This document shows positions 34,019 through 35,383 of a stretch of 35,383 nt of DNA, one piece after another. Every line of letters begins with the position of its first letter. The stretch's first letter is position 1. The notes beneath the pieces were generated by a model. The model was not told the origin of the DNA. It saw only the letters and a program-made list of their open reading frames with translations, and made no database searches. This stretch comes from Candidatus Acidiferrales bacterium. Lineage in GTDB: Bacteria; Acidobacteriota; Terriglobia; Acidiferrales; UBA7541. A program made the position numbers and the translations under genes. Location of the stretch: NCBI GenBank assembly GCA_035295305.1, contig DATGJE010000252.1, forward strand, positions 1 to 35,383, read 5' to 3'.

Positions 34019-35383
34019 ATGGCAAAAAATCTCGAAGACCTAGCGGATCACCTCAAAGGCAAATTTAAAGGCGAGTTACTTCGTCCGGCGGACCCGGGTT
34101 ACAGCGAAGCTCGGCGCGTCTGGAATGCAACTGTTGCGCGGCATCCCGGTCTGATTGCGCAGTGCAATGGCGTTCCCGACGTGCAAATGGCTGTCCGCGC
34201 CGCCAGCGCTGCTCGAGTGCTCACGGCCGTGCGGTGCGGAGGGCACAGTTTGGCTGGATTCAGTTCGTGCGATGGCGGATTAGTGATCGATTTGTCCAGA
34301 ATGCGCAGCGTTGTGGTCAATGAGCAAGCGCGGCTCGTCTATGCCGCTGGCGGATGCCTGCTGGGCACAATCGATACAGCAACGCAACAAGCAGGCCTCG
34401 TCTACCCGGCTGGCGTGGTATCGCATACCGGCGCTGCCGGTTTGATTCTGGGAGGTGGGACTGGCTGGCTGACCCGGATGTTTGGGATGTCTTGCGACAA
34501 CGTAGAAGAATTCACCGTGGTTACCGCGGATGGTTCTATCGTGCGTGCCAGCGCGCGCGAAAACGATGACCTCTTCTGGGCGCTGCGGGGAGGAGGCGGA
34601 AATTTTGGAGTGGTAACTGAGTTCGCGCTAAAGCTTCATCCCTTGGCCACGGCGATGCTCGGCAGCGGCCTGTGCATCAAGGATGAGATTTTTCCCACCA
34701 TGCGCTATTGGCGCGACTTCATGCCTGCCGCTCCCGACGAGCTCAAGTGGAATCTTTCTTTGCGCGTTATGCCGGATTCAGCCGTACCGGACGTCGCGGG
34801 CAATCGAGCGCCGGTATTGAGCGAAACGATAGCCTGGTTTGGAGAGCGAAGGGCGGGGCAGCGTCAACTCGACCACGTTCTCTCGGTGGGCAATCCCATC
34901 GCCGTCACGAAAGGGACGATACCTTTTTTGGAGCTGCAAACGATGGCGGACGCGGAATTCCCGCACGATCGGCGCTACTACACCAAGTCGGGATACTTCA
35001 AGACGCTCGGCGACGAGTCCATCCTCCAGATGATCGACGCGCTATCTTCGGTGCCTTCCGTCAACAGCCAAATCGAACTTGCGTATTTGGGAGGCGCGGC
35101 CGGTCGCGTTGGTCCTTCTGAAACGGCCTTCGGCAGCCGCGACGCGCCGTACATCATGAATATTCTGGCAGACTGGTCTGAGCCTGCGGAGGACGCTGAG
35201 AATATTTCCTGGGTGCGAAATCTATTCGCGAAACTTAGGTCGGCCATGCAGCCTGGAGTCTACGTCAACTTCATGAGTGGCGACGAAGAAGATCGTACAA
35301 AGGAGGCTTACAGCGAGCGCTGGGATCGCCTCGTGTCAGTGAAAAGCCACTACGATCCGAGTAACTTCTTTCGATTGAACCAA
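34019..35383 (+). CDS. FAD-linked oxidase, FAD_binding_4 plus BBE (berberine-bridge-enzyme-like) family; the 3' end is cut by the window edge
   Basis: It is not in the ORF track because no stop lies inside the window. Hand translation from ATG 34019 gives MAKNLEDLADHLKGKFKGELLRPADPGYSEARRVWNATVARHPGLIAQCNGVPDVQMAVRAASAARVLTAVRCGGHSLAGFS...GGGTGWLTRMFGMSCDNVEEFTVVTADGSIVRASARENDDLFWALRGGGGNFGVVTEFALKLHPL. The frame stays open for 455 codons to 35383, ending ...YDPSNFFRLNQ, a typical BBE-domain C-terminus. The GGHS motif is the usual covalent-FAD histidine context. Confidence 0.88.
   Translation, partial: MAKNLEDLADHLKGKFKGELLRPADPGYSEARRVWNATVARHPGLIAQCNGVPDVQMAVRAASAARVLTAVRCGGHSLAGFSSCDGGLVIDLSRMRSVVVNEQARLVYAAGGCLLGTIDTATQQAGLVYPAGVVSHTGAAGLILGGGTGWLTRMFGMSCDNVEEFTVVTADGSIVRASARENDDLFWALRGGGGNFGVVTEFALKLHPLATAMLGSGLCIKDEIFPTMRYWRDFMPAAPDELKWNLSLRVMPDSAVPDVAGNRAPVLSETIAWFGERRAGQRQLDHVLSVGNPIAVTKGTIPFLELQTMADAEFPHDRRYYTKSGYFKTLGDESILQMIDALSSVPSVNSQIELAYLGGAAGRVGPSETAFGSRDAPYIMNILADWSEPAEDAENISWVRNLFAKLRSAMQPGVYVNFMSGDEEDRTKEAYSERWDRLVSVKSHYDPSNFFRLNQ

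Overview
This is a 35.4-kb chromosomal window that looks moderately GC-rich by eye. Its gene content resembles a soil Acidobacteria-type genome: a giant CarboxypepD_reg-type TonB-dependent receptor, VPS10/BNR propeller proteins and many TPR proteins. That taxonomic call is inference only. I support 23 protein-coding genes, two of them cut by the window edges, plus 2 tRNA genes (His-GTG and Pro-TGG, both on the minus strand with encoded CCA). I recognised no rRNA, CRISPR array, transposase, integrase or phage gene, and no known defence system. Left to right: a natAB-like ABC-2 exporter, tRNA-His, a MerR-HTH::TPR fusion and an unknown polytopic membrane protein. Next comes a same-strand array of a GAF/HisKA_3 kinase, a NarL-type regulator, a zinc-ribbon/TPR membrane protein and a ClC antiporter with CBS domains. 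This is followed by a lone PilZ gene with a striking 18-bp perfect hairpin downstream, and a RecQ that appears to lack the winged-helix domain. Then come a SYLF protein and a repeat-bearing OmpA protein, a small secreted protein divergent from a Crp/Fnr regulator, a Zn-ADH and tRNA-Pro. The most interesting part is the right-hand 13 kb, a GntR/FadR-anchored locus. It holds a 1298-aa TonB-dependent receptor and the regulator on one strand. On the other strand are two class-V PLP enzymes (the one alignable to SufS lacks its catalytic Cys; the second could not be aligned to a Cys-loop motif by eye), an APC amino-acid permease, two tandem ~1035-aa VPS10/BNR paralogs and a BBE-type FAD oxidase. Candidate GntR operators are present: TGGTATACCA and a one-mismatch copy. 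I read this as an uncharacterised uptake and catabolic module. That reading is a hypothesis, not a demonstrated system. Several long ORFs in the track are antisense or alternate-frame shadows, and four track ORFs carry spurious N-terminal extensions.
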